Shown one piece after another: positions 29,474-40,900 of a stretch of DNA of 64,000 nt. This stretch comes from Planktothrix tepida (lineage in GTDB: Bacteria; Cyanobacteriota; Cyanobacteriia; Cyanobacteriales; Microcoleaceae), in the NCBI RefSeq assembly GCF_904830955.1, contig NZ_LR882970.1. The stretch is one strand, 5' to 3'. A program made the position numbers and the translations under genes. Positions within the stretch are counted from its first letter, which is position 1. Each line of letters begins with the position of its first letter. Under the pieces are notes generated by a model. It did no database searches. It was not told where the DNA came from and was given only the letters and a program-made list of their open reading frames with translations.

Positions 29474-30520
29474 TTATTGTTTCCAGTGATCCAGAATATC
29501 TCGAATTAGGATTTCTTGCACTAAAACTTGTCCCACAACCGTTAACGGTAAGGCTAAAAGTAAACCCAGAAAGCCAAAAAAGGTAAGAAAAAAGCCTTGG
29601 GAGAGTAACGTAATTGCAGGTAAGAGGGAAACTTGTTGCGCCATAAGATAGGGCATTAAAAAATTGCTTTCCGCTTGTTGAATCAGAAAATATAAAATAA
29701 AAACAAACCCGGCTTTCCAAGGATCTTCTAATAAAGCAATCGCCATCGGAGGAATCACACTCAAAGTCGGCCCAATATTGGGAATTAAGTTGAGCAATCC
29801 TGCTAATATGGCATTGGCAAAGGCTAACGGAACTTGTAAGACTAAAAGCCCTGCTAAACTACAAACCGCCACAACACTCATATCAATTAAAGCTCCAACA
29901 ACCCATAGTCCTAACGCTATTTCACATTGATCTAAAATCCCATTCAGGCGTTGACGGTAAAAGGAAGGGATGAGTTGAATAAATGCTCTGCGATAAGCTA
30001 CAGGATCAGCTAATAGCATGATTGTTAAAACTAGAATTAATAAAAAGCCGAGAAGTCCTCCTAATGTATTTCCCACGAAAGCCCCAACGCCTCCTATTAA
30101 AGGATTTCCGATGCGTTGTAACTGTTGAATCAGGGCATTAATTTGTAAATCGACTTGAAATAAATTTTGCCAAAATTCCCCTGGAAGTTGGGTTTCTAGG
30201 TAATTAATCCAAAGATTTAGCCGTTGTAATCCTCGTTCTAACCCTCTAGGAACCCGTGTAGCGAGTTCTTGTAATTGGTCAAATAAAGGCGGAACAACTA
30301 ACAAGAATATCGTTATAAACCCTAAAATTAGTAAACTAATTGAGAAGAATACCGCCCAAGAGCGTTTAATTCCAAAGCGTTGTATCCATCGAGCTAATTT
30401 ATTCAGGGCGGTTGCTAAAACAATCGCAGCAAAAACAAGTAATAAAGCTTGTCGAACTTGCCAAAGGATATAGATGGCACAGAGAATTGCGCTAAAACCG
30501 AACCATTGCCCTAGTGTCAC
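29474..30520 (-). CDS. AI-2E family (PerM/UPF0118) transporter
   Basis: 8-TM permease with the characteristic N-terminal and C-terminal pattern of PF01594. Confidence 0.6.
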   Translation of the reverse strand: MTLGQWFGFSAILCAIYILWQVRQALLLVFAAIVLATALNKLARWIQRFGIKRSWAVFFSISLLILGFITIFLLVVPPLFDQLQELATRVPRGLERGLQRLNLWINYLETQLPGEFWQNLFQVDLQINALIQQLQRIGNPLIGGVGAFVGNTLGGLLGFLLILVLTIMLLADPVAYRRAFIQLIPSFYRQRLNGILDQCEIALGLWVVGALIDMSVVAVCSLAGLLVLQVPLAFANAILAGLLNLIPNIGPTLSVIPPMAIALLEDPWKAGFVFILYFLIQQAESNFLMPYLMAQQVSLLPAITLLSQGFFLTFFGFLGLLLALPLTVVGQVLVQEILIRDILDHWKQ

Positions 30521-30682
30521 AGGATAAACACCGATGAGATGAAATTCTGATCTATTATGATCGATTTAAGTCTTAAGAATATCAATTATCTGTTAAAATT
30601 AAGCGATCGCTCATTCTGAAGGGAACAGTCAGTAAATTTTCAATCCGTTTCCCGACGTTCCCTTTTGCGATTCTTTACCCTT

Positions 30683-30889
30683 CTATTCCGGTTGTTGAGA
30701 ATGTTGTCTCATCCGCCAACTAAATAAAACGGCTAGAATAACCGAAGGTAAGCAAACCGCAATAGCTGCAAGAATTGAGGATTCAGGAATCGAAAGCAAG
30801 GGGCCAACGAATTTGATCACAACCGATAGTCCCAGGGACAAAAGTAGAACTTTGAGTAGAAATGTTATTTTGTTATCCATACAGGGCAT
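30683..30889 (-). CDS. Small two-TM membrane protein (68 aa), hypothetical
   Basis: ORF only. Confidence 0.25.
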   Translation of the reverse strand: MPCMDNKITFLLKVLLLSLGLSVVIKFVGPLLSIPESSILAAIAVCLPSVILAVLFSWRMRQHSQQPE

Positions 30890-31061
30890 TTTATAAAGGG
30901 TGAGGGTGCGATGGCGTAGCCGCCGCCTGTCGGCATCGCAACTAGGCAGAAACCCGGTTTCTCAACAAAAAATCTGGATAGAATTACTAAAATCTGGGTG
31001 AGAAACTCGGTGTCTTGGGTTTTGTGCGATCGCCAATTCATAGTTTACTTGAGAAATACCA

Positions 31062-32384
31062 ATGCAAAACCAAGATCCAAAATTATTAGAAAAAATTCGT
31101 CAACAGTTTGACTCAGCCCCCTATCCTAGAATTCCCTTAGAACACTCCCCTAAAACCGATTATGAGTTGCTATTTATCCACAATTTAGTCACGCCTTATT
31201 ATTTAAAATATCAGAAAGTTATTAATACAGAAGGAAAAGTTATTTTAGATGCAGGCTGTGGAAGCGGATATAAATCCTTAATGTTAGCAGAAGCCAATCC
31301 AGGGGCTAAAATTGTAGGGATTGATATTTCTGAACAATCTATTGAACTGGCTCGTCAACGTTTAAAATTTCATGGGTTTGATAATACAGAATTTTATGTT
31401 TTACCGATAGAAAACTTACCAGAAATTGGGTATGAGTTTGATTATATTAATGCAGATGAGGTGCTTTATCTATGCCCAAATTTATTCAATGCAATGCAAG
31501 GGATCAAACAAGTTTTAAAACCCCAAGGTATTATTCGGGCTAATGTACATAGTTTATATCAAAGGGTCGGTTATTTTAGGGCGCAATCTCTGTTTAAACT
31601 CATGGGAGTCATGGATGAAACTTCTCAAGAATTGAAGGTTGAGATCGCTAGAGAAACAATAGAATCCATCAAAGATGAAGTGGTACTCAAGACACAAACT
31701 TGGAATAGTCCAGATTATAAAAATGACGAATGGTTGCTGGTTAATTATTTACTTCAAGGGGATAAAGGCTATACAATCCCAGAGGTTTTTGCGGTTTTGA
31801 AGGCAACTGATTTACAATTGATCAGTATGGTAAAATGGCGACAATGGCAGTTACTAGATTTATTTAAAGATCCTGATAACTTACCTGCGTTTCTAGCCTT
31901 GAGTTTATCCGAAATTTCTATCGAGGAACAGCTACATTTATTTGAGTTAATTAACCCCGTGCATCGGTTATTAGATTTTTGGTGTGGTCATTGTGAGCAA
32001 GAATTGATTCTCCCGGTGTCTGAATGGGCTGAAGTTGATTGGCAAACGGCACGGGTTGATTTACATCCTCAACTCAGAACGACTCAAGCTAAAGCAGACT
32101 TAATTGAATGTATTCAGACCCATAGACCTTATGAAATTAGCCAATATGTGAAGTTACCCACTCGCATACCCATCACCCTTGAGAGTAGTCGGGCAGCCTG
32201 TTTACTGCCGTTATGGGATGGAAAACAGACGGTGATCTCCCTGGCAGAACGGTGGCAACAAATCTATCCTCTTGATCCCATTACCCTAGAACCCATTACT
32301 GTCCAGAGGGCACTGCAACAGATCAAAGAAGTCCTCATCACCCTGGATGCCTTTCTGTATGTGCTTCTGGAGCATTCCGGGTGA
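31062..32384 (+). CDS. Class I SAM-dependent methyltransferase with C-terminal extension
   Basis: Motif I VILDAGCGSGYKS; motif post-I IVGIDIS. Confidence 0.65.
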   Translation: MQNQDPKLLEKIRQQFDSAPYPRIPLEHSPKTDYELLFIHNLVTPYYLKYQKVINTEGKVILDAGCGSGYKSLMLAEANPGAKIVGIDISEQSIELARQRLKFHGFDNTEFYVLPIENLPEIGYEFDYINADEVLYLCPNLFNAMQGIKQVLKPQGIIRANVHSLYQRVGYFRAQSLFKLMGVMDETSQELKVEIARETIESIKDEVVLKTQTWNSPDYKNDEWLLVNYLLQGDKGYTIPEVFAVLKATDLQLISMVKWRQWQLLDLFKDPDNLPAFLALSLSEISIEEQLHLFELINPVHRLLDFWCGHCEQELILPVSEWAEVDWQTARVDLHPQLRTTQAKADLIECIQTHRPYEISQYVKLPTRIPITLESSRAACLLPLWDGKQTVISLAERWQQIYPLDPITLEPITVQRALQQIKEVLITLDAFLYVLLEHSG

Positions 32385-32487
32385 AATAAAAAAAATTTTT
32401 GTAGGGGTGATATGAAAGGTTGAGAAAGTGGGTAAGTTAGAACTACCAGATAAAAAGTTAAACATCCCCCCAAGAGGAGAAAAACCT

Positions 32488-33015
32488 ATGAAGACCGAAT
32501 TTAAAGCGAAATTCCTGCAATACGTTGCTAATAGAAAAAAAGAAGAAGGTTTCACCTTAATTGAATTGTTAGTTGTTATTATCATTATCGGTATTCTGGC
32601 TGCGATCGCTCTGCCTTCCTTCCTCAACCAAGCTAACAAAGCCAAACAGTCTGAAGGAAAACAATATCTTTCTTCCATTAACAAAGGTCAACAAGCTTAC
32701 TACGCTGAAAATACACAGTTTGGAGCAACCATTTCAGAATTAGGGATTGGTTTAAAAACCCAAACCTCTAACTTTGTCTATGACAATGGAGTTGCTACTG
32801 GTGGTACTGGAGCATCATCCTCAGCTTCCCCTGCTTCCTCTGCAATGAAAGCTTATGCGGCAGGTGTCGGCTTAAGTGGAACAGGCGAAGCAAAAACAAC
32901 CTCTACTGTTCTCTGTGAAGAAGTTGTAGCTGCAAACTGGCAGGATCCTGTTAGTATTGGATTCTCTACTACTGGGCCAATTTGTGGAACCAACCAAAGT
33001 GCAGTAACGAAATAA
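32488..33015 (+). CDS. pilA: Type IV pilin (PilA-like major pilin) precursor. The ORF could also start at 32428, but the SD favours 32488.
   Basis: Cyanobacterial-type long leader ending …KKEEG|FTLIELLVVIIIIGILAAIALPSF (prepilin peptidase site G|F, Glu+5). Ser/Thr/Gly-rich C-terminal region. AGGAG SD upstream of 32488. Confidence 0.8.
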   Translation: MKTEFKAKFLQYVANRKKEEGFTLIELLVVIIIIGILAAIALPSFLNQANKAKQSEGKQYLSSINKGQQAYYAENTQFGATISELGIGLKTQTSNFVYDNGVATGGTGASSSASPASSAMKAYAAGVGLSGTGEAKTTSTVLCEEVVAANWQDPVSIGFSTTGPICGTNQSAVTK

Positions 33016-33064
33016 TAGCTTAAGTCTAACCAGTCTTTCTGGTTCAGAATATGAATCATTGAGA

Positions 33065-33095
33065 GCGGGTAGTATGGAAAATACTGCCCGCTTTC
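33065..33095 (+). terminator. Intrinsic terminator after pilA
   Basis: gcgggtagtat-ggaaa-atactgcccgc hairpin (11 bp, one G-U) followed by tttc. Confidence 0.55.
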
Positions 33096-33119
33096 ATGCA
33101 ATAAATTTGCACAAATTAT

Positions 33120-35369
33120 TTGAGTTCTATGAAATCTAATCTTAGTCTAAGTGTTTATTCTGATTGGGAACAAAAAGCCAAGCAGTATTGGGAAGAAAAA
33201 AACTATACCCAATCGGCAAAATTGTATGAAGCTGCGATTGAAAGAGAACCTGATGTTAAATCTCTATACTGGTATCTAGGCTTAATGTTATTATTGCAAG
33301 GACAAGAAGTGGAAGCTCAAACCACTTGGTTCTTGGCAATGACCGAAGGTGAACCGGATCAAGTTGAGCAGTGGACGCAAGAATTAATCCAAGTTTTAGA
33401 AACTGAAGCTGAACGACAAAGAATTACCCTCGGAGACTGTACAACAGCCTGGATTATTCGCCAGCATATTCGAGAAATTAATCCCACAGATATTAATAAT
33501 CTTTTACATTTAGTGGGCTTATCAACCTTACTGAACACTTATTCCGATGAGGTGCTAGTTGAATTCGGAATTTTAGAGTTATTTCAATCTAATGTTATTG
33601 TTCCAGAAGACGTTAATAATGACTTATTACTTGAAGTTTTAAATAATGTTTTAGACCAAGCTCCTCAACAGCCTTTATCTTATGAATTAGTAGAAACCAC
33701 TGTTCCTTATCTGTCTGATATTCAGTCCTATATGGGAGTCTTAGTTCCCGTTATCTATCAATTAGCGTATTCTCGAAGTCAACATCCTTTAGCAATTAAA
33801 TTCACTGAACAAGGCTTAAAATTCGATCCCAAGCATCCTGAATTATGGCGATGTTTATCGACGTTGTATCAAGATATCGGGGAATATGCAAAGGGGATAG
33901 AAGTTGCAAAACATTGTTATTCTGTAATGGATAATTTTCCTGATCAAGTCTATGCAACTTTTTTATTGCTTCGGGGGTTAATGAGTGCTGGTGGACGCTG
34001 GACAGAATTCTGCACAACGATAGAAAATTATCAGTTGATGCTCAATCGTTTATTGGAAGAAAAGCCAACCTTAGCTTATGATTTGGCTGTGCGCTCTTTT
34101 TCAACAACATTTTTCTTTCCCTATTATCAAGATCAACCCCGCGAAAACTACTCGCTGCGTCGTCAGGTTTCTGAATTTATCCAGTCTAATATAGAAACTC
34201 AAAATACAGAAACAGTCAAGTATTGTCGGGGTTGGAAATCTCGTTCAAAAACAAATATTTTAGCTGAAAAACGCTTAAATATTGGTTATGTTTCCCACTG
34301 TTTAAGAAATCATTCGGTCGGTTGGTTAGCGAGGGGTTTATTTCAACATCATGACCATGATAAGTTTAAAATTCATAGTTATTTATTCGCAGCACAAAAG
34401 AATCATAATGAGGTACAAGATTGGTACGTTAGTAAAAGTGATAAAGCCCATGGATTAGGGTTAGATGGAAAAGAAGTGGCTAAAGTTATTTATGATGACG
34501 AGATTGATATTTTAGTAGATCTCGACAGTTTAACCTTGACATCAACCTGTGAAACCTTAGCTCTTAAACCAGCACCCATACAAGTTACTTGGTTAGGTTG
34601 GGATGCTTCATCGGTTCCCAGTGTCGATTATTTTATGGCTGACCCTTACGTTTTACCTGAAGATGCTCAAGACTATTATCAGGAAACAATTTGGCGTTTA
34701 CCTAATACTTATTTAGCAGTAGATGGGTTTGAAATCGCAATTCCTAGCCTGCGACGGGACGAATTAGGGGTTTCTAATGATGCCATTCTGTATTTTACGG
34801 CTCAACGAGGCTATAAATATAACCCTGATACGGCTAAATTACAGCTTCAAATTTTGAAAGCTGTTCCTAATAGTTATTTTTTGATTAAAGGGATGGCTGA
34901 TCAAGAATCTTTGAAAACTTTTTATGCTGAAATTGCTGAATCTGTTGGGGTCGATTGCGATCGCTTAAAATTATTACCTTTATCCCCAACAGAAGCGAGT
35001 CATCGAGCTAATTTAGCGATCGCAGATGTAGTTCTTGATACCTATCCCTATAATGGTGCTACAACCACGATGGAAACCCTGTGGATGGGTGTTCCAATGG
35101 TGACAAAGGTTGGGCAACAATTCGCCGCCCGTAATAGTTATACGATGATGATTAATGCCGGAATTACAGAAGGTATTGCTTGGACAGATGAAGAATATGT
35201 GGAATGGGGAATTAAGCTAGGAACTGATGAAAATTTACGGCAACAAGTTACTTGGAAATTAAGAAAAAATAGACAAACTGCCCCGTTATGGAATGCGGAA
35301 CAATTTACCCGTGAGATGGAGAATGCTTATCAACAAATGTGGCAGAGATATATTGAGGGTAAGAATTAA
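33120..35369 (+). CDS. TPR-repeat protein fused to a GT41 (O-GlcNAc-transferase/SPINDLY-like) glycosyltransferase domain
   Basis: N-terminal TPRs. C-terminal GT41 pattern (GYVSHCLRNHSVGWL…IQVTWLGWDASSVPSVDYFMADPYVLPED…LPNTYL…TYPYNGATTTMETLWMGVPMVT). Confidence 0.7.
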   Translation: MSSMKSNLSLSVYSDWEQKAKQYWEEKNYTQSAKLYEAAIEREPDVKSLYWYLGLMLLLQGQEVEAQTTWFLAMTEGEPDQVEQWTQELIQVLETEAERQRITLGDCTTAWIIRQHIREINPTDINNLLHLVGLSTLLNTYSDEVLVEFGILELFQSNVIVPEDVNNDLLLEVLNNVLDQAPQQPLSYELVETTVPYLSDIQSYMGVLVPVIYQLAYSRSQHPLAIKFTEQGLKFDPKHPELWRCLSTLYQDIGEYAKGIEVAKHCYSVMDNFPDQVYATFLLLRGLMSAGGRWTEFCTTIENYQLMLNRLLEEKPTLAYDLAVRSFSTTFFFPYYQDQPRENYSLRRQVSEFIQSNIETQNTETVKYCRGWKSRSKTNILAEKRLNIGYVSHCLRNHSVGWLARGLFQHHDHDKFKIHSYLFAAQKNHNEVQDWYVSKSDKAHGLGLDGKEVAKVIYDDEIDILVDLDSLTLTSTCETLALKPAPIQVTWLGWDASSVPSVDYFMADPYVLPEDAQDYYQETIWRLPNTYLAVDGFEIAIPSLRRDELGVSNDAILYFTAQRGYKYNPDTAKLQLQILKAVPNSYFLIKGMADQESLKTFYAEIAESVGVDCDRLKLLPLSPTEASHRANLAIADVVLDTYPYNGATTTMETLWMGVPMVTKVGQQFAARNSYTMMINAGITEGIAWTDEEYVEWGIKLGTDENLRQQVTWKLRKNRQTAPLWNAEQFTREMENAYQQMWQRYIEGKN

Positions 35370-35502
35370 AAATTAAGCCCTTCAAGTTAGCTAGCCATGG
35401 TCAAGGATTCTCCCTTGCTTATTGGTAGTGGGGGTATCCGTAGAACTGAGCATTCAATTTCAGATCACAAACTAAGTGAGTAAAATTTTAAATTCTATCT
35501 TT

Positions 35503-37896
35503 TTATAAATCATAAACAGGAATTTTTTCTCCATTAAAATTAGCGATCGCATTTTGATCTTCATGTAATAGAATCATGCGGGCAGTCAAACGAGATCCTA
35601 GAGCCTGACTTTGCTGATCAGTTAATTGTCCTGTGAGGAGAATTTCTAATCCGACAGTGACATCCAATTCAGTTTCCATGAAGAAATTCATGACCATGCT
35701 AGATAAAATTACATTAGCATCTTCATCCAAAATATTCTGATTATTCAGATATAACGTTATTTCGTTTTGATTGGGTAGAGTTGCCAGGGTTTGGAAGAGA
35801 TGAGCTAACTCTAAATAAAGAGTTTCTTCCGGTTGTTTCCAATCAGGAAAAACAATATAATTTTTTTCTCTAAGTTTCCACAATTCCCAACCCCCATTTT
35901 CCAGCTTCAGACCTCGCCAATCTAGCAACTCTTCTAATGGAAACTGGGGAATTTGATCAGCATGAACTGCTTCAATTGCGGTGGAGTTTTCCAGGTCTAA
36001 ACAAATTCGACCTTGGACAATTGAAAGTAAATTTGACCACTGGGGTTGAGTTAACTGACCCAGGAGAGAAACATCTGGCCCCTCTTCCACATCTAATTCA
36101 TCTTCTATCAGAAGATTCATCATCATACTCGATAACGTTAAATCTGCATCTTCATCGCCCATTCCTTGATGATCAATCAATAGTTTAATTTGACGTTTAT
36201 CAAGATGATTAATCAGAGTTTTGATGATAGCACTTAACTGGGAATACAGTTGTTCTTCTTCTTGAGTCCAGTCAAGAAATACGATCAGATTAATGTCCTT
36301 TAATCCCAGATGACTAATATCCCCTTCTAATAAAGGTTGTAAACGCTCATAAAGTTGTTGTGCTTTGACAAAATCCGGCACAAACTGTAACACTCTTGTT
36401 ACCGCTTGTTCAGCCAAAACAATATCCTGTAATTGTTCTGCTGATTCGGCTAAATACCAAAAAACACGCCAATGATTACAGCCTAAATTAATAGCATTTT
36501 GAAACTCAAAAATGGCTTGAGGAATTCTTTGCTGATGACGTAAAACCAACGCCAACCATAACCTTAAATAGCCATCATTGATGTAATGATCTCGATACTG
36601 ACAAATGCTTCCTTCTCCTAATCCCAATAACATCGATGAAGCGGCAATTTGTTCTTCGGCTGCTAGAATTAAATCAATATTTTCTGCGGTTAAACTAACC
36701 AGAAAAGGTTCGGCTGTATGACCCAACGCTTTAATAAAGGTTTGCGCTCCCACAAACTTTTCAGGGAGTTCTAAAACATCCAGTAAAGATAGCGGTTGAT
36801 CTAATAAGCTCGATCCCATCGGAATGCCCCATTGACGTTCCCGCTTGGGTAATTGCATTAATTTTTCATAAATAGGATTCAATTGTTTAGCCGCATTTTC
36901 GGCACCAAAAAGCTGTTTAGCATATTCTTTAGCATTTTGCCCAAGTCGTATTCTTTCTTGAGGATGATGATAAAGATATTCAATGGCTTGGGTGTATTCT
37001 AATTGACTTTTAACGACTAATCCAGTATAATTATTAATAACTAATCGTTTAATTCCACCATGAGGAAAAACAACAGGGGGGATTCCAGCACACATGACTT
37101 CTTGTAAATTTAACTCTGCGGCGGCATAGGTATCTTTACAAAGCGGATAACCATAAATATCTAAGGTTTCAATCACGGATGCAATATCTTCAACGAAGCC
37201 TCGGAAATCAAATTTTTCAGACGCATTAATTTTTTCAGCTTGTTGTTTTAAATAATCTTCTACACCTCCACCACAAACCACAAAACGCACATCGGGAAGA
37301 TTCACCGCAGCACTCATGGCGACATAATCTTGGTGCATTTTACTAAAGCTAACACTGCCAATATAACCGACATTAAAATTTTGATGGGGTTTAGGCTGAA
37401 TATTAGCAACACGCTCAAAATCTGCCGCATCATAAACCATACCAATTTTTTCAATTCTCACGGCATCAGGGAGAGATTGAAAGACCGGAAGCTCATAGGA
37501 GTAAGGATTACAAGGAATAGCAAAATCAGCGTAATCTACTAATTCCTTAGTAATCACTTGAGGGGGATATTCTCCAGCAACATGAAACCAAATTAAGAGC
37601 CGAGTTTCGGGAAGTGGCGATCGCAAAAATTCAAACAGTTTGGGGTTATTCCAATAATGAACTTGAACAATATCAACGGTTTTAATAGCCTCAAAGATGT
37701 CCGTTTGATCCAAAGTATTAATAAATTTCATTCCCGATTGTTCAGCCAGTTCTAAAGCCATCCAATCAGGGGGTTTAAGGGAGACTAAATAATGTTCAAA
37801 TTGACCTAATCTTGATGAATATTTGGAGGTAGCTATCATGCCGCGAGCAGCACCACCCAAACACAACCAATCAATAATATGTAGAACCTTAATCAT
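35503..37896 (-). CDS. Glycosyltransferase (GT4/GT1-type GT-B fold) with a C-terminal duplicated uncharacterised ~100-aa domain
   Basis: GT-B C-terminal-domain motifs (…DIYGYPLCKDTYAAAELNLQEVMCAGIPPVVFPHGGIKRLV…). Two tandem copies of the domain carrying LSSMMMNLLIEDELDV / LSSMVMNFFMETELDV. Confidence 0.6.
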   Translation of the reverse strand: MIKVLHIIDWLCLGGAARGMIATSKYSSRLGQFEHYLVSLKPPDWMALELAEQSGMKFINTLDQTDIFEAIKTVDIVQVHYWNNPKLFEFLRSPLPETRLLIWFHVAGEYPPQVITKELVDYADFAIPCNPYSYELPVFQSLPDAVRIEKIGMVYDAADFERVANIQPKPHQNFNVGYIGSVSFSKMHQDYVAMSAAVNLPDVRFVVCGGGVEDYLKQQAEKINASEKFDFRGFVEDIASVIETLDIYGYPLCKDTYAAAELNLQEVMCAGIPPVVFPHGGIKRLVINNYTGLVVKSQLEYTQAIEYLYHHPQERIRLGQNAKEYAKQLFGAENAAKQLNPIYEKLMQLPKRERQWGIPMGSSLLDQPLSLLDVLELPEKFVGAQTFIKALGHTAEPFLVSLTAENIDLILAAEEQIAASSMLLGLGEGSICQYRDHYINDGYLRLWLALVLRHQQRIPQAIFEFQNAINLGCNHWRVFWYLAESAEQLQDIVLAEQAVTRVLQFVPDFVKAQQLYERLQPLLEGDISHLGLKDINLIVFLDWTQEEEQLYSQLSAIIKTLINHLDKRQIKLLIDHQGMGDEDADLTLSSMMMNLLIEDELDVEEGPDVSLLGQLTQPQWSNLLSIVQGRICLDLENSTAIEAVHADQIPQFPLEELLDWRGLKLENGGWELWKLREKNYIVFPDWKQPEETLYLELAHLFQTLATLPNQNEITLYLNNQNILDEDANVILSSMVMNFFMETELDVTVGLEILLTGQLTDQQSQALGSRLTARMILLHEDQNAIANFNGEKIPVYDL

Positions 37897-37912
37897 GACT
37901 TTAATCCTTCAA

Positions 37913-40900
37913 TTAGTTAATGGGTTTACGATAGACTCGAATGGTGGAAAATACCCCTGGAATAATCGGGAGATAGGCTTGAGTTTGGGTGGGATCTGTG
38001 GGATATAAAAGGGGAATATCGATTAGTTCACAACGATAGGTGTCTTCCATAAGTTCCTGACACGCTTGACGAATCCCCGGTTCATTTCCGCCATGATGAG
38101 ATAAGATTGCACTACGATTCTCATCATTAAGGGCAGGTAAGTAATCATGGAACATCATAATTCCACCGGGTTTTAACAAGGGATAATAGTTAATAATATC
38201 TTGTTTGACTCCTTCATAACTGTGATCTCCATCGACAAAAATGAAGGGAGGGAAATTGCTATCTTGTTCAAATTTCAGTTGCAGTTGAATCACGGCATCA
38301 TGGGAAAACTGTTGCAGATGGGTAACATTTTGTTTAACTTCTTGAAGAACCAGTTTTAACTGAGGATGTAACCCTGGATCGATGGCAAATCCTTGTAAAT
38401 TAGAGGTGAGTCGGTTTAAGGCTTTACAAGTTAGAAATAGAGAACTTCCTGCAAATGATCCAATTTCAATAAAACGCAAGGGTTGAGAAAATTCGGGTAA
38501 CAATTTTCGGAGAACATAATAGAGTTGAAATCGTTCATTTTTCGACATTTGGCTTTGAATCCCATAAACAACTGGATCATCTTGATTAAAGTCGTTTAGT
38601 AGGTTGGGTTCAATAATGGGATTAAGAGGAAATTGATCAGGGGTTGTCAACCAAACTCCTGTATAATCAATCGGATTCAAATTGAATTTAAGGTGATTTT
38701 TTTCTTCAAATTCATGTAAAGCTTTTTTACAGCCTTCCCAATGACCATAATTATCAACTTGGATAAACCCATCATTAACCACGCGGTCAAAAAGCTGTTC
38801 TAAAATGACTTTTGTAGATTCATACCAATCACCATCCATGTGCAAGAGTGCAATTACCCCAACTGAATTTCTGAATTGAGGTAAGGTGTCTTGGAAATAT
38901 CCTTTAACTGTACGAACAACATCAGAAACACCCAATTTTGCACAGAGATTTAAAACACTAGATTCCGGTGCCGCACAACTTCCTTGTGTCAAACCGAGGG
39001 ACTCTGCTGATACACCTTGATATCGATCAAATTCAGAGGGTTTAGGTAAACCTTGAAAGGAATCAAAAGCATATAGTAATCGAGGTTGTTTACTATATCT
39101 TGTAAGGACAGCCGCTAGTAATGCAGTTGAACCCCCTTTTTCTACACCACACTCCACAAAATTACCCGGAATATTATCAATACAAACCTTTTTCGCTAAG
39201 GAAAACAGTGAATATAATCGTTCTTCGCTCAGTCCGGTATAAGGAGAAACAATCTGTAATAATTCTTGAAATTCTGGATAATCTGGTGGAAGGGATTGAG
39301 ATTTAATATTGGTAGATTTACTTTTGATAGATTGAGGAATTGATGCGCGAATTTTTGCTAGAGTCTGCTTTTTCAAAAAGCCATTTGTTGCCCAAGTTAA
39401 GTTATATCCAAAAAAGTCACAATATTCTCCATCAATTTCATAGTCTTGGGGATGTTCTGATAAAAAGGACTTTAAAGCTTGATGGGGGCCACTATTATAA
39501 GAAGCATCTTGAACAATATCAGAAATAATGCCATCCTCAACAATAATATATTCTCCTTGATCCAGATAAGCATGGAAGAAATCTAACACTGCTTTACTGG
39601 TTGTAAATGAATGATCTGCATCCTCAATCACTAATAAAGGGCGGGGTAGGGATTGAATGAATTTAGGGGATAACGTTTCCGCTAAATTACTTCCATCGCC
39701 TTCTAAAAAGGTAACGCGAGGATGGGAAACTTGAGTCACTTTGACAATATCAATGGAATAAACATGACCTTCAATTCCAAAGTTATTCATTAAATCTCCA
39801 AACCATAAGGCACTTCCTCCGCTTTTAGAACCAATTTCAATAATAGTCTGAGGTTTAATTTTCCAGAGCAATACCGGATAAATCGAATAATCAAAGGGAT
39901 TTTTTTGTAACGGAACTCCTTTGTAAGAAAAGTTATGTAAAGCATTTTGAATCGACATCATTAATTCATAAGGCAAAGCGGTATTCCAGGGTCGTTCATG
40001 GGTGGGAATTTTTGCTTTTTCAGGTCGAATCAAGGCTTGAGTTAAAGATTGAACTTGAGCTTGAGCTTCAGGGTGATTGGGGTTATTTTCTAGTTCCTGT
40101 TTAGCTGCTGCTAGTGCTTCTTCATATCGACCGACTGCACTTAAACAAACGGCTCGAATATAGTGCATTTCTGGGATAAATATTCCGGCTTCTTTGTTTT
40201 TTTCAGCACAACGTAAAGCAGCCACTTTTTGACCTTGATTGAATAAAGAAATAGCTTTTTCAATCTGAGCTTTAATTTTTTGTTTTGCTTCAGTGGATAA
40301 CTGTTCTAACAGCCGTTGACCTTGGGAGTGATTAGGGTTCAAATTCAATAATGCTTTGAGGGAATCAAGAGACTCAAATAATTGACCTAGACGAGCTTCA
40401 GCAATCGCTTTAGCGTAATAAACCCCTGATTGCTCTGGAGCAATTTCCAGTACCTCTTTAAAGAGATTGAGAGCTTCTAAATTTTCATTTTTATTGAGAG
40501 ATTCAATTCCTTGGGATAAACGTTCTATCCCCTCTGAATTTAGTTTTTCTTGAGTCGGAGATACAGTAGAACTAAACATAATTGCCTCAGTCCAATGATC
40601 AGCTTGACGGTTACGCATTACAACAGTTGGATGTTGCAGGGGAAAACTAATGGGTTGTGTGGGTAAATTAGCCAGTTGAGATTCCCCTTTCGTATGGGTT
40701 GCATCGGCTCTAAAACCAATATTTGAAACTAGATTAACGTGAGGAAGAATCGTTAAGCCTTGATTCGCCCAACAAGCAAATGTCCAAGCATAATCCCAAG
40801 TATTAAATCCTTCATAGGCATCTTGAAAGATTCTTGACCAATAGGCGATCACTTCAGGATTTTCTAGGATCTGTTGTAACCTCCCTGTGTCTCTAATTGA